DNA of 64,000 nucleotides from Escherichia coli (GTDB lineage Bacteria; Pseudomonadota; Gammaproteobacteria; Enterobacterales; Enterobacteriaceae): NCBI RefSeq assembly GCF_001677475.2, contig NZ_CP015229.1; one strand, 5' to 3'. Shown piece by piece: positions 1 to 10,416 of this stretch (position 1 is its first letter; each line of letters starts with the position of its first letter). The notes under the pieces were generated by a model. It saw only the letters and a program-made list of their open reading frames with translations, ran no database searches and was not told where the DNA came from. The position numbers and the translations under genes were made by a program.

Positions 1-314
1 AGTGTACCTTCGACCAACGGCGCAGCACACAAACGTACTTTTGCGGCGATGTCGGGAGCCAGCAATTCCAGCGCAGTTTCAGCACTCAATAATGCGCTAC
101 CCATATCCATCATGACCAGCACATGGTCGGCATCAGCAACAGATTCGATGGCCTCCATCACTTTGACGGCATCGGTTCCAATGGGATTTTGTGGATCGTC
201 AATTCCCGCGGCAATGGCAATTTTACAATTATCACTCATTAACATCTGACGGGCTAATTCACCGACACCTTCTCCCAGTCGGCTGCTATGTGAAACTATG
301 ACCAGGTTTACCAT
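1..314 (-). CDS. dhaM: PTS-dependent dihydroxyacetone kinase phosphotransferase subunit DhaM, N-terminal part only (gene runs off the window start)
   Basis: Minus-strand ATG at 312-314; translation MVNLVIVSHSSRLGEGVGELARQMLMSDNCKIAIAAGIDDPQNPIGTDAVKVMEAIE... is DhaM-like; same orientation as dhaL/dhaK just upstream. Confidence 0.85.
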   Translation of the reverse strand, partial: MVNLVIVSHSSRLGEGVGELARQMLMSDNCKIAIAAGIDDPQNPIGTDAVKVMEAIESVADADHVLVMMDMGSALLSAETALELLAPDIAAKVRLCAAPLVEGT

Positions 315-324
315 CACCAATTCC

Positions 325-957
325 TTACTCTTTTGCGGCTAACGCCAACATTTGCATCATAAACATCACCGAGGTCGCGCCGGGATCCTGGTGACCAATA
401 CTGCGTTCACCGAGATAACTGGCGCGGCCTTTGCGGGCTTGCATCGTAATCGTACTTTGTGCAGCGGATTCGGCGATGCTACTGGCAGCTTCGAGCGCCG
501 CCGGAACAGAGAGATTTTGCTCGCTGGACTGACGTAACGATTCCACCACCGGCACCCAGACATCACACATGGTTTTATCGCCAGGTTCGGCTTTCCCGCG
601 ACTGATTACGCCTTCCACGCCATCGCGGAACATCTGATAAAGCTCTTCCAGCGTCAGGCTTTGCCGTGCCTGGGTCGCCTGTGCGGCGCGGATAAAGAAG
701 GTACCGAACAGCGGACCACTGGCACCTCCGACGCTGGAAAGTAGCGTCATACCGGTATTCTTAAGAATGAAACCGATATCTTTATCTGCGATAGCAGGGA
801 GTTTTTCCACCACTTTGCTAAAGCCTCGGTTCATATTTAGCCCGTGGTCAGCGTCGCCAATTTCGCGATCCAGTCCGGTAAGATACTCGCTCTCGGTGCT
901 GAAAATATCGCCACAACGAGTGAGCCAGTTAACAATTTGAGTTCTGCTCAGTGACAT
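325..957 (-). CDS. dhaL: dihydroxyacetone kinase ADP-binding subunit DhaL (210 aa)
   Basis: ORF 325..1035; start trimmed to internal ATG giving MSLSRTQIVNWL..., 210 aa. Confidence 0.9.
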   Translation of the reverse strand: MSLSRTQIVNWLTRCGDIFSTESEYLTGLDREIGDADHGLNMNRGFSKVVEKLPAIADKDIGFILKNTGMTLLSSVGGASGPLFGTFFIRAAQATQARQSLTLEELYQMFRDGVEGVISRGKAEPGDKTMCDVWVPVVESLRQSSEQNLSVPAALEAASSIAESAAQSTITMQARKGRASYLGERSIGHQDPGATSVMFMMQMLALAAKE

Positions 958-967
958 AGCTATCTCC

Positions 968-2038
968 TTATTTACCCCAGTTAAGGGCCGGGGTGTGGAC
1001 CGGGGCGTCCCAGAGTGCCAGCGTTTCGTCATCAACTTTCAGTAAGGTGATTGAGAAACCGGTCATATCCAGTGAGGTGCAGTACGCGCCAATTAAATTA
1101 CGCTCGATAGTCAATCCCGCTTGCTGGCAACGTGTGGTCAGGCGGTTATAGACGCCGTACAGCTCAGAAAGCGGAGTTGCGCCAAGATTGTTAACCAGCG
1201 CAATCACCCGATCGCCAGACTGGAGCGGTTGTTTAGTTTGTGATTCTTCCTGCCAGCTGCCTTGTTGATAATCCCAGAAACGCAAAGTGCGATGGTATGA
1301 GCCATTTTCCAGCAGGGTGTCGAACATTTCATCGACGGTTTGATCAAGAGAAGAGAAGGGGCGTCGGTCAATACCCGGCTCACCATGAATGCCGACGCCA
1401 AACTCCATCTCATTGTCCGCCAGGGTAAAAGAAGGTTTGCCCGCGGCAGGAACGGTACAGGCACCGAGAGCGATACCTATTGAGTGGCCTTGATTATTCA
1501 ACTTACGCCCCAGTTCCGCACAGGCGTCCAGTGAGTCGCCACGTTCCGCCGCTGCGCCTACGAGTTTTTCAATTAATACGGTGTTGGCAACGCCGCGCCG
1601 CCCGGCGGTATAAAGACTGTCTTTTACTGCAACGTCGTCATCAATCACCACAGTGGTCACTTTTACGCCGCTATCGTGCAGTAACTCGGTCGCTGTTTCA
1701 AAGTTAAGAATATCGCCGGTGTAATTTTTGATAATTAACAGTACACCTTCGCCGCCATCAATTTGCATGGCGCATTCAAAGATTTTATCGGGCGTCGGTG
1801 AGGTGAAAATTTCGCCCGGACAGGCCCCCGAAAGCATCCCCTGACCGATATAACCGCAGTGCATCGGCTCGTGTCCGCTACCGCCACCCGACAGCAGGGC
1901 GACTTTTCCTGCCACGGGGGCATCAGCTCGGGTGACATACACCGGATCCTGATGCAGTGTCAGCGACGGATGCGCTTTCGCCAGTCCTGCCAGTTGTTCG
2001 TCCAGTACGTCTTGCACATCATTGATCAATTTTTTCAT
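968..2038 (-). CDS. dhaK: dihydroxyacetone kinase subunit DhaK (356 aa)
   Basis: ORF 968..2068; start trimmed to MKKLINDVQDV...; Dak1 domain protein. Confidence 0.9.
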   Translation of the reverse strand: MKKLINDVQDVLDEQLAGLAKAHPSLTLHQDPVYVTRADAPVAGKVALLSGGGSGHEPMHCGYIGQGMLSGACPGEIFTSPTPDKIFECAMQIDGGEGVLLIIKNYTGDILNFETATELLHDSGVKVTTVVIDDDVAVKDSLYTAGRRGVANTVLIEKLVGAAAERGDSLDACAELGRKLNNQGHSIGIALGACTVPAAGKPSFTLADNEMEFGVGIHGEPGIDRRPFSSLDQTVDEMFDTLLENGSYHRTLRFWDYQQGSWQEESQTKQPLQSGDRVIALVNNLGATPLSELYGVYNRLTTRCQQAGLTIERNLIGAYCTSLDMTGFSITLLKVDDETLALWDAPVHTPALNWGK

Positions 2039-2265
2039 TATTTTGCTCCAGCAATTACGGTAGGGCATGGATGATGTTCAACGACACGGCGACCACTGAC
2101 TGCCGATGAATCCATTGTGCATCAGGCAAGGGAAAAGAAAATTAGCCCAAATTATGTTTCATAGTGAAACATATGCTTTAATGAATGTTCCATATTGAAA
2201 CTTTTACGTGTATTAATACTTAAAATTGCGAGCCGGAACACCTTTTGTCATAAGGGATGCGGGAT

Positions 2266-4185
2266 ATGAGTGGCGCTTTTAACAACGATGGTCGGGGCAT
2301 ATCTCCCTTAATTGCAACCTCCTGGGAGAGATGCAATAAGCTGATGAAACGGGAGACATGGAACGTACCACACCAGGCCCAGGGCGTGACATTTGCTTCG
2401 ATTTATCGGCGTAAGAAAGCGATGCTGACGCTCGGACAGGCTGCGCTGGAAGATGCCTGGGAATATATGGCACCGCGAGAGTGTGCGTTGCTTATCCTCG
2501 ATGAAACCGCCTGCATTCTCAGCCGTAATGGCGATCCGCAAACCTTGCAGCAGCTAAGTGCACTGGGATTCAATGACGGCACGTATTGCGCCGAGGGAAT
2601 TATTGGTACTTGTGCGCTATCGTTAGCGGCTATCTCTGGTCAGGCCGTGAAAACGATGGCCGATCAACATTTCAAACAGGCACTCTGGAACTGGGCCTTT
2701 TGTGCAACGCCGTTGTTTGACAGCAAGGGCCGATTGACGGGAACAATAGCGCTGGCGTGTCCGGTTGAGCAAACTACCGCAGCTGATTTGCCGTTGACGT
2801 TGGCAATCGCCCGCGAGGTCGGTAATTTACTGCTGACGGACAGTTTGCTCGCTGAAACTAACCGTCATTTAAATCAACTTAATGCCCTGTTAGAAAGTAT
2901 GGATGATGGCGTGATTAGCTGGGACGAGCAGGGTAATTTGCAATTTATTAATGCCCAGGCGGCGCGGGTCTTGCGCCTTGACGCGACGGCAAGTCAGGGA
3001 CGGGCAATCACTGAACTCTTAACGTTACCCGCCGTATTGCAACAAGCAATAAAACAGGCACATCCGCTCAAACACGTAGAAGCAACCTTTGAAAGCCAGC
3101 ACCAGTTTATTGATGCGGTGATAACCCTTAAACCGATAATAGAAACGCAGGGAACCAGCTTTATTTTGTTGCTTCATCCTGTGGAACAGATGCGGCAGTT
3201 GATGACCAGTCAATTAGGAAAAGTCAGCCATACCTTCGCTCATATGCCACAGGACGATCCGCAAACCCGCCGTTTGATTCATTTTGGTCGCCAGGCGGCG
3301 CGCAGTAGCTTTCCTGTCCTGCTTTGTGGAGAAGAAGGCGTGGGCAAGGCACTGCTAAGTCAGGCAATTCATAATGAAAGCGAGCGTGCTGCAGGTCCTT
3401 ATATCGCCGTCAATTGTGAGTTATATGGTGATGCGGCGCTGGCGGAAGAATTTATTGGTGGCGATCGCACGGACAATGAAAATGGCCGTCTGAGTCGGCT
3501 GGAACTGGCGCACGGCGGCACGCTGTTTCTTGAAAAGATTGAATATCTGGCGGTGGAGTTACAGTCTGCTTTGCTTCAGGTTATCAAGCAGGGTGTTATT
3601 ACGCGACTGGATGCGCGGCGTTTAATAGCAATTGATGTCAAAGTGATTGCCACAACGACCGCGGACCTCGCAATGCTGGTGGAACAAAATCGTTTTAGTC
3701 GCCAGCTGTATTACGCGTTGCATGCATTTGAAATTACCATCCCGCCTCTGCGTATGCGGCGTGGAAGCATTCCAGCGTTGGTGACTAACAAATTACGCAG
3801 TCTTGAAAAACGCTTCTCTACGCGGCTGAAAATTGATGACGATGCCCTCGCTCGCCTGGTTTCTTGTGCATGGCCAGGAAACGATTTTGAACTTTACAGC
3901 GTCATCGAGAATCTTGCTCTGAGTAGTGATAACGGGCGCATTCGCGTCAGTGATTTGCCGGAACATCTGTTTACCGAGCAGGCGACAGATGATGTCAGCG
4001 CCACACGCCTTTCCACCAGTCTGTCATTTGCGGAAGTTGAAAAAGAGGCAATTATTAACGCAGCCCAGGTCACAGGCGGTCGCATTCAGGAAATGTCGGC
4101 TTTACTTGGAATCGGCCGCACTACGCTGTGGCGGAAAATGAAGCAACATAGCATTGATGCAGGGCAGTTTAAGCGCCGGGTATGA
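2266..4185 (+). CDS. dhaR: sigma-54-type AAA+ transcriptional activator DhaR (639 aa)
   Basis: ORF 2257..4185; second ATG at 2266 has better RBS spacing; GAF/PAS plus AAA+ (GEEGVGK) and C-terminal HTH; divergent from dhaK. Confidence 0.9.
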   Translation: MSGAFNNDGRGISPLIATSWERCNKLMKRETWNVPHQAQGVTFASIYRRKKAMLTLGQAALEDAWEYMAPRECALLILDETACILSRNGDPQTLQQLSALGFNDGTYCAEGIIGTCALSLAAISGQAVKTMADQHFKQALWNWAFCATPLFDSKGRLTGTIALACPVEQTTAADLPLTLAIAREVGNLLLTDSLLAETNRHLNQLNALLESMDDGVISWDEQGNLQFINAQAARVLRLDATASQGRAITELLTLPAVLQQAIKQAHPLKHVEATFESQHQFIDAVITLKPIIETQGTSFILLLHPVEQMRQLMTSQLGKVSHTFAHMPQDDPQTRRLIHFGRQAARSSFPVLLCGEEGVGKALLSQAIHNESERAAGPYIAVNCELYGDAALAEEFIGGDRTDNENGRLSRLELAHGGTLFLEKIEYLAVELQSALLQVIKQGVITRLDARRLIAIDVKVIATTTADLAMLVEQNRFSRQLYYALHAFEITIPPLRMRRGSIPALVTNKLRSLEKRFSTRLKIDDDALARLVSCAWPGNDFELYSVIENLALSSDNGRIRVSDLPEHLFTEQATDDVSATRLSTSLSFAEVEKEAIINAAQVTGGRIQEMSALLGIGRTTLWRKMKQHSIDAGQFKRRV

Positions 4186-4284
4186 AAGACAGAAACGATT
4201 TCTGATACATCAGAGTGATCTATATTTCATTCCGGCGCACGTTAACATTTTTCAGCATCGTTTAAGGGTTTGTCTATCCCGCAC

Positions 4285-7170
4285 TTAAAAGCTGAAGCGA
4301 TATCCTCCGTTGACTTGCTTCTGATCAAAGAGGTTACCCTGCGTGTAATCCGCTTCGAGGTAGAATGTGTGCTGTTTGTAATACTGTGCACTGACTCCCA
4401 CGCCGTTATTCCAGCCATTACCTTTGAAACTGTACTTCTCCCGGGAGTTGTTCAACAGATATTCTGTATCCCCTGAAAACTCGCGGATAGCGCCAGTCTT
4501 CACATAGACATTCAGCTGGCTGTTGCCTGCGGTGATGTCATATCCCAGTATCATGCTGGCACGCCCCAGCAGCGATTTGTAGTGATTCAAATGTATATTG
4601 AGACCATTACTCGCCTTCAAAGCCATCTCATTCTGGTGGCTGTATGTGAGCTGGGTTTGCGGCTCTATATAGAATCCATAACCAGTAGGGGTCAGGTTGA
4701 ACCTCTGACCGGCTTCCAGGGAGATGCTCAATCCATTAGCAGTGCCGTTGGCGTTAACGCCGTTGTTCTGACTGTCCAGTACGTGGAAACTATTTTTCTG
4801 GCGCGATGCTTTTACAACGAGATCGCTGTAAAAACCGTTTTGTGCCATGTAACTGGCGTACATTCCCATGTAGTCTGAACGTGCGGTACCGTCGCCTCCG
4901 CTATAGTCCGGCGATGCATGTGTTGAGCCAATATACAGACCGACATACAACGGCATTACATCAGAGAGACGTTTATCCCCACCAAACTGGATACCGCTGT
5001 AACCCATGTCAAAGCCGCTCAGTTTGCCACTGGCGAAGGAGTCCAGACTTCCCCCATAACTGCGCAGCCAGATATTTCCGTCTTTACTCTGATTTCGCAG
5101 GTCACCCATCCGTTGCATCAGCGTACGGTTTTCAACATAGTTCAATAAGTAACCGACATTGAGATAATTGCCGCCAGCATCTGCGGTCGTGGTGGGTTTA
5201 GGTGTGGGAGTGGGGTTAGGCGTAGGATCGGGTTCAGGTGTAGGATCGGGGTTGACTATGGGAGGCTGAGCGGGAGCCGGTGTTGGTTCAGGATTAGGAG
5301 TCGGTTCCGGAACTGTCCCGGAAGCGTAAAGCTCCCAGTTAGTGCCATTTTTACGCACATCGTACAGATATCCCCCCAACTCAACCTGAGAAGACGCGCT
5401 GAACGAGGCCGCACCGTCAGTGGTTTTTACCACTGTCAGAACTTCATTTCCCGTAGTGGCCTCGCTGCCCTGGTTGCGGATGGCCAATACGTGATTACCA
5501 GCACTACTCCCGCTGATATTCAATAAATCCCCTTTATTATTAACGCCATTACCCTCGCCAACAACATCAGCACGCATAATAAAGGTACTGTTACCGCTCA
5601 GGTTCTCTACGTTTAATGTGGTAAATGTGCCGGCAGTTGACCCGTGGCTGGCAAAATCGACAGTTGAATGGCTCAGCGCCAGCGTGTCGAGATTAGAATT
5701 ACTTGTTACGTTCCAGACGCTGTTATTCATTGCAACGTCCAGTTTCCCGCCATTGACATTATCGCTGAGGGAGGAACCTGTCCAAACCGACCCAGGGTGC
5801 ATATCCAGATTGATTAGCCCACCTTTGGAGAGAACGCTACCGTTGATAAGCATACGACCCGAGGCGTTGATGCGGCTGGCGGCATAACCATCGTCATGTT
5901 GCGTTGCGATGGCCATCTGGTCGGGTGTACTCATATCAATGACCAGATCGCTCGTGAGGTCGATCTGGCTGTTGGTCATGGCATAAATCCCCCTAGCTCC
6001 TGCCGCGCCGGTGATAGCCAAACTGTCTCCGGTTATTCTACCGCCGCTGAGCGCCCACAAACCCAGCGCCAGACTGCCATTACGATCAACCGTAATATCG
6101 GTATTTTGCATGTTGACAACAGCCGTTGCCGTCTGGGCTGAGGCACCATAAGAACCGCTGGAAAAGATGCTGTTTCGTTGCGCTGCCGTGCCAGAAAAAT
6201 TGATTGTCGCGTCTGAACCACTGGTTACGAGGCCACCGCCCTGCGCGGAAGAAATATGGCTATCAGCACCGATAGTGGTTGTACCACCACGAACTTCGAC
6301 GCCATTTGCCGCGGCTCCAGTTACATCAACAGTGAGTGCATTCGCGCTCACCTGGCCAAAGCTCCAGAGGCCGTGTGCATTATCGCCATTGGTTGTAATG
6401 GAACTGTTTGTTCCGAGATCGACAACAGAGTTTTTCTGTACGTTTATCCCCATGGCGCTGTAGCCCTGAACATCGATTGTCAGGTCTGTCGCCGTAAAAC
6501 GCGCAGCACCATTGGCGTTATTGCCGTTGAGACCACCGATATAAACACCTGTACTTCCATCGGTCTTGATTTTACTTCCGCTTCCAAGATCGACACTGGT
6601 GCCATAGTCATTGATTGTTAGGCCTATACCGTTCGAGTTTTCAATGGTGAATTGAGTGGCTGTTAGTGTTGAGCTATGTCCAATAATGATGCCGTCATCG
6701 TTACTCTTAATGGTGCTGCCTGTGCCTAAGTCAGCATGGGTATAGTCACCAATTAAATTAATGCCGATGGCAGAGGTTTGACCAACAACATCTACTGTAA
6801 GTCGGTTAGCTGTCAGGGAGCTGTTCTTGCCCTGAATAATGATTCCCTTTGCATATCCAGAGGCGTCGTTGACATTGACGGTGACATCATTACCCAGGTT
6901 GATATTGCCAGGCGTGTTTCCTGCTGGGGTCATTACACCATAGAGGTTTCCTGATGGATCGGCGGTATCTCCTGTAATTCTGTCACCATCACTAATAGTA
7001 ATATTGGTGCCATTTTGACTTCCTAAATCAGCAGCTATCAGCAGGGGGGAAAAGATAATTGCATTCAAACCAATAGCGCCATATTTTATCAGTTGAATGG
7101 AGGGCGAACGGATTTTTAATTCAGCGAGACGATCGGCTTTGGTATTCCCATTGTGTTGTTTGATGCCCAT
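4285..7170 (-). CDS. ycgV: autotransporter adhesin (passenger with Gly/Asn/Thr-rich repeats, Pro/Thr linker, C-terminal beta-barrel ending in F)
   Basis: 961-aa ORF; repetitive beta-helix-like passenger; PEPTPNPEPTPAP linker; barrel ends ...GGYRFSF. Confidence 0.85.
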   Translation of the reverse strand: MGIKQHNGNTKADRLAELKIRSPSIQLIKYGAIGLNAIIFSPLLIAADLGSQNGTNITISDGDRITGDTADPSGNLYGVMTPAGNTPGNINLGNDVTVNVNDASGYAKGIIIQGKNSSLTANRLTVDVVGQTSAIGINLIGDYTHADLGTGSTIKSNDDGIIIGHSSTLTATQFTIENSNGIGLTINDYGTSVDLGSGSKIKTDGSTGVYIGGLNGNNANGAARFTATDLTIDVQGYSAMGINVQKNSVVDLGTNSSITTNGDNAHGLWSFGQVSANALTVDVTGAAANGVEVRGGTTTIGADSHISSAQGGGLVTSGSDATINFSGTAAQRNSIFSSGSYGASAQTATAVVNMQNTDITVDRNGSLALGLWALSGGRITGDSLAITGAAGARGIYAMTNSQIDLTSDLVIDMSTPDQMAIATQHDDGYAASRINASGRMLINGSVLSKGGLINLDMHPGSVWTGSSLSDNVNGGKLDVAMNNSVWNVTSNSNLDTLALSHSTVDFASHGSTAGTFTTLNVENLSGNSTFIMRADVVGEGNGVNNKGDLLNISGSSAGNHVLAIRNQGSEATTGNEVLTVVKTTDGAASFSASSQVELGGYLYDVRKNGTNWELYASGTVPEPTPNPEPTPAPAQPPIVNPDPTPEPDPTPNPTPTPKPTTTADAGGNYLNVGYLLNYVENRTLMQRMGDLRNQSKDGNIWLRSYGGSLDSFASGKLSGFDMGYSGIQFGGDKRLSDVMPLYVGLYIGSTHASPDYSGGDGTARSDYMGMYASYMAQNGFYSDLVVKASRQKNSFHVLDSQNNGVNANGTANGLSISLEAGQRFNLTPTGYGFYIEPQTQLTYSHQNEMALKASNGLNIHLNHYKSLLGRASMILGYDITAGNSQLNVYVKTGAIREFSGDTEYLLNNSREKYSFKGNGWNNGVGVSAQYYKQHTFYLEADYTQGNLFDQKQVNGGYRFSF

Positions 7171-7928
7171 ACCACTCCTATATAGTACCCAGGCTATGGG
7201 TCTATGGATTTTGTCATTTTGTTTAAGTCAATGAATAATATCCTCTTATCATCATGATATTTGTATGGTGCAATCATGATGAGCTGCTCTGAGAATAATT
7301 CTCTATTACCGGGCAAAATCAGGAACACAGGAATTAATATATATTTAACATCCCCCTTACAAAGGTGAGCTTAGATCGAGTTATTCCCTAAGTTGTCGTT
7401 ACTTATTCCAATTCGTTACAATGAATATGACAAAAACATTACAACAAACAGCGGTTAAATAATTTGGTGAATATTTTTGGTAATAATCCTAATTGGTTAT
7501 GGGTTTTTCGCTTGATGTATCTGCATAACAAAAACAATATGAGCCATTTTTGCATTACTAATAAGAAAAAGCAAAAAACATCGATATTCATTTTTGATCA
7601 ATGGATTTTCTGGCATATCGTTATTATCGTGATACTGGTTATCATTTTCATCTTGCCAGCATCGCACGTAATCACGTTATTCGGGGATTTTATCTGCGGG
7701 ATATTACCCTTCAGGTAAGTCCTTTTCTCGCCAGCATATTGGAGCGTGATCAATATTGATCAGCTGTGAAGGGGGCTGATGTGTAGTGGAACAAAAAATT
7801 ACGTTATATCACTGCTAATGAGATATCCGTCATCTGAACATTTATGTCTTTAATTATTCTCGTGGTTCACTGTAGGCAATAAGCACAAAAGTGTAGGATG
7901 TTATAAGAATGGTTAGGACTCGGTGAAA

Positions 7929-7958
7929 TGAAAAATCCACGCAATTGCGTGGATTTTA
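7929..7958 (-). terminator. rho-independent terminator downstream of ychF (palindrome ATCCACGCAATTGCGTGGAT with flanking A/T runs, possibly bidirectional)
   Basis: Perfect 20-nt palindrome about 60 nt past the ychF stop; T-run follows on minus strand. Confidence 0.7.
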
Positions 7959-8013
7959 TATACTTTTGCGCTCTTCATGAGATTTAGCGAAACCTCATGA
8001 GACAACAAATTAA

Positions 8014-9105
8014 TTAGACGTTGAACAGGAAGTTCATTACATCGCCATCTTTAACGATGTAATCTTTGCCTTCTGCACGCATTTTGCCTGCTTCTTTCGC
8101 GCCTTGTTCACCTTTGTAAGTGATGAAATCTTCGAACGAAATAGTTTGTGCACGGATAAAGCCTTTTTCAAAATCAGTATGGATTTTGCCAGCGGCCTGC
8201 GGCGCGGTTGCACCAACCGGAATGGTCCATGCACGTACTTCTTTCACCCCAGCGGTGAAGTAAGTTTGCAGGTTCAGCAGCTTATAACCGGCACGGATCA
8301 CACGGTTCAGGCCCGGCTCTTCCAGCCCAAGCTCCTGCATAAACTCGTCACGTTCTTCGTCGTCCAGTTCGGCAATGTCTGCTTCAACAGCAGCACAAAC
8401 CGGAACCACAACAGAACCTTCTTTCGCCGCGATTTCACGCACCTGGTCAAGATACGGGTTGTTTTCAAAACCGTCTTCGTTGACGTTGGCGATGTACATT
8501 GTTGGTTTCAGCGTCAGGAAGCTCAGGTAACGAATAGCCGCTTTCTCTTCAGCGCTTAAATCCAGCGCGCGCAGCATACCTGCGTTTTCCAGCTGCGGCA
8601 GGCATTTTTCCAGTACCGCCAGCTCGGCTTTCGCGTCTTTATCGCCACCTTTGGCTTTCTTCTGTACGCGATGAATCGCACGTTCGCAGGTGTCGAGGTC
8701 CGCCAGCGCCAGTTCGGTATTGATAACTTCAATATCATCCGCCGGGTTAACTTTGCCGGAAACGTGAATGATGTTGTCATTTTCAAAGCAGCGAACAACG
8801 TGACCGATCGCTTCAGTTTCACGGATGTTGGTCAGGAACTGGTTACCCAGACCTTCGCCTTTCGATGCGCCTTTTACCAGACCGGCGATATCGACAAATT
8901 CCATGGTCGTGGGAAGCGTACGCTGCGGTTTTACGATTTCAGCCAGTTGATCCAGGCGAGGGTCAGGCATTGGTACGACGCCTGTGTTCGGCTCAATGGT
9001 GCAGAATGGAAAGTTGGCCGCTTCAATACCGGCTTTGGTCAGCGCGTTGAACAGGGTAGATTTCCCGACGTTGGGCAAACCGACGATACCGCATTTGAAT
9101 CCCAT
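8014..9105 (-). CDS. ychF: ribosome-binding ATPase YchF (Obg-family GTPase fold)
   Basis: 363 aa, [23 protein letters not shown]... P-loop; conserved pth-ychF pair. Confidence 0.95.
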
Positions 9106-9221
9106 GATTTAAATCACCTTAATATCTTAATAATCAACCTGTTATTGCTAACAGATTGCAGAAATGGAAATAACTTTGCCTATTATACACGGCACGCGGC
9201 AAAAATGCCGCAGACAACGAC

Positions 9222-9806
9222 TTATTGCGCTTTAAAGGCGTGCAATCGGTTCGTTGCCTTGGTCAAGCCATCTGTAAACCACATTTCAGTACAACGCGCC
9301 GCTTCGTCGATGGCTTCATCAATTAACTTCTGTTCACTAACAGGCGGTTTGCCTAATACAAAACCAACAACTTTATTTTTATCGCCCGGATGACCGATTC
9401 CGATGCGTAAACGGTGAAAGTTAGGGTTATTACCCAATTTACTGATGATGTCTTTCAGTCCATTGTGACCACCATGGCCACCGCCCAACTTAAATTTGGC
9501 GACGCCAGGAGGCAGATCCAGTTCGTCGTGGGCCACCAGAATTTCGTCCGGATTAATGCGGAAAAAACTGGCCATCGCCGCAACGGCTTTGCCGCTGAGA
9601 TTCATAAATGTAGTCGGGACTAACAGGCGGACATCTTCGCCTCCAAGGGTGACTCGCGAAGTATAACCAAAGAATTTAGCCTCTTCGCGCAGCGGAGCGC
9701 GCAATCGCTCTGCCAGTAAGTCAACGAACCAGGCACCAGCATTATGTCGCGTTGCGGCGTATTCAGCGCCGGGGTTCGCCAGGCCGACAATCAATTTAAT
9801 CGTCAC
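9222..9806 (-). CDS. pth: peptidyl-tRNA hydrolase
   Basis: 194 aa, [27 protein letters not shown]... Confidence 0.95.
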
Positions 9807-10083
9807 GTTTTTTTGTCCTGAGTGTGTACATAACTGGCGCGTAGTTTACTGGTTGCGGCCCCGCTTGACAAAAAACTGCGTATTAAATGCAGATAACGCA
9901 ATAATTGCCTGAGTGGACTATTAGAAAGTCAAGGTGTTCAGGCGTTTATTTGTAAAGTTTTGTTGAACTAAGGGTTGTAATTGTGATCACGCCCGCACAT
10001 AACCCACAGGGTGTTGTCTATACTTTACACATAAGGAAGAGGGGTATTCCCTGTTACAACCCAGAAAGTTCCGGAGGTGACAT

Positions 10084-10362
10084 ATGAAACGCAAAAACGC
10101 TTCGTTACTCGGTAACGTGCTCATGGGGTTGGGTCTGGTGGTAATGGTGGTCGGCGTGGGGTATTCAATCCTCAACCAGTTACCACAGTTTAATATGCCC
10201 CAGTATTTCGCACATGGTGCAGTGCTAAGTATTTTCGTCGGTGCCATTCTCTGGCTGGCGGGGGCCCGTGTTGGCGGGCATGAACAGGTGTGCGACCGTT
10301 ACTGGTGGGTTCGCCACTATGACAAACGTTGCCGCCGTAGCGATAATCGCCGTCATAGCTAA
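10084..10362 (+). CDS. ychH: small inner-membrane protein YchH
   Basis: 92 aa, two predicted TM helices, basic C-terminus. Confidence 0.8.
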   Translation: MKRKNASLLGNVLMGLGLVVMVVGVGYSILNQLPQFNMPQYFAHGAVLSIFVGAILWLAGARVGGHEQVCDRYWWVRHYDKRCRRSDNRRHS

Positions 10363-10416
10363 CAAATACTGCAGTTTGCTGACCAGTCAGTTTGCGCTGA
10401 CTGGTCAATCTCGTAC

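Noticed and set aside
4285-7170. ycgV as part of a horizontally acquired adhesin island
   Set aside because: No flanking integrase, IS or tRNA; neighbouring genes are core; only the AT-rich upstream region is atypical.
8671-9393. 240-aa plus-strand ORF
   Set aside because: Antisense to ychF and running into pth; the real minus-strand genes explain the region.
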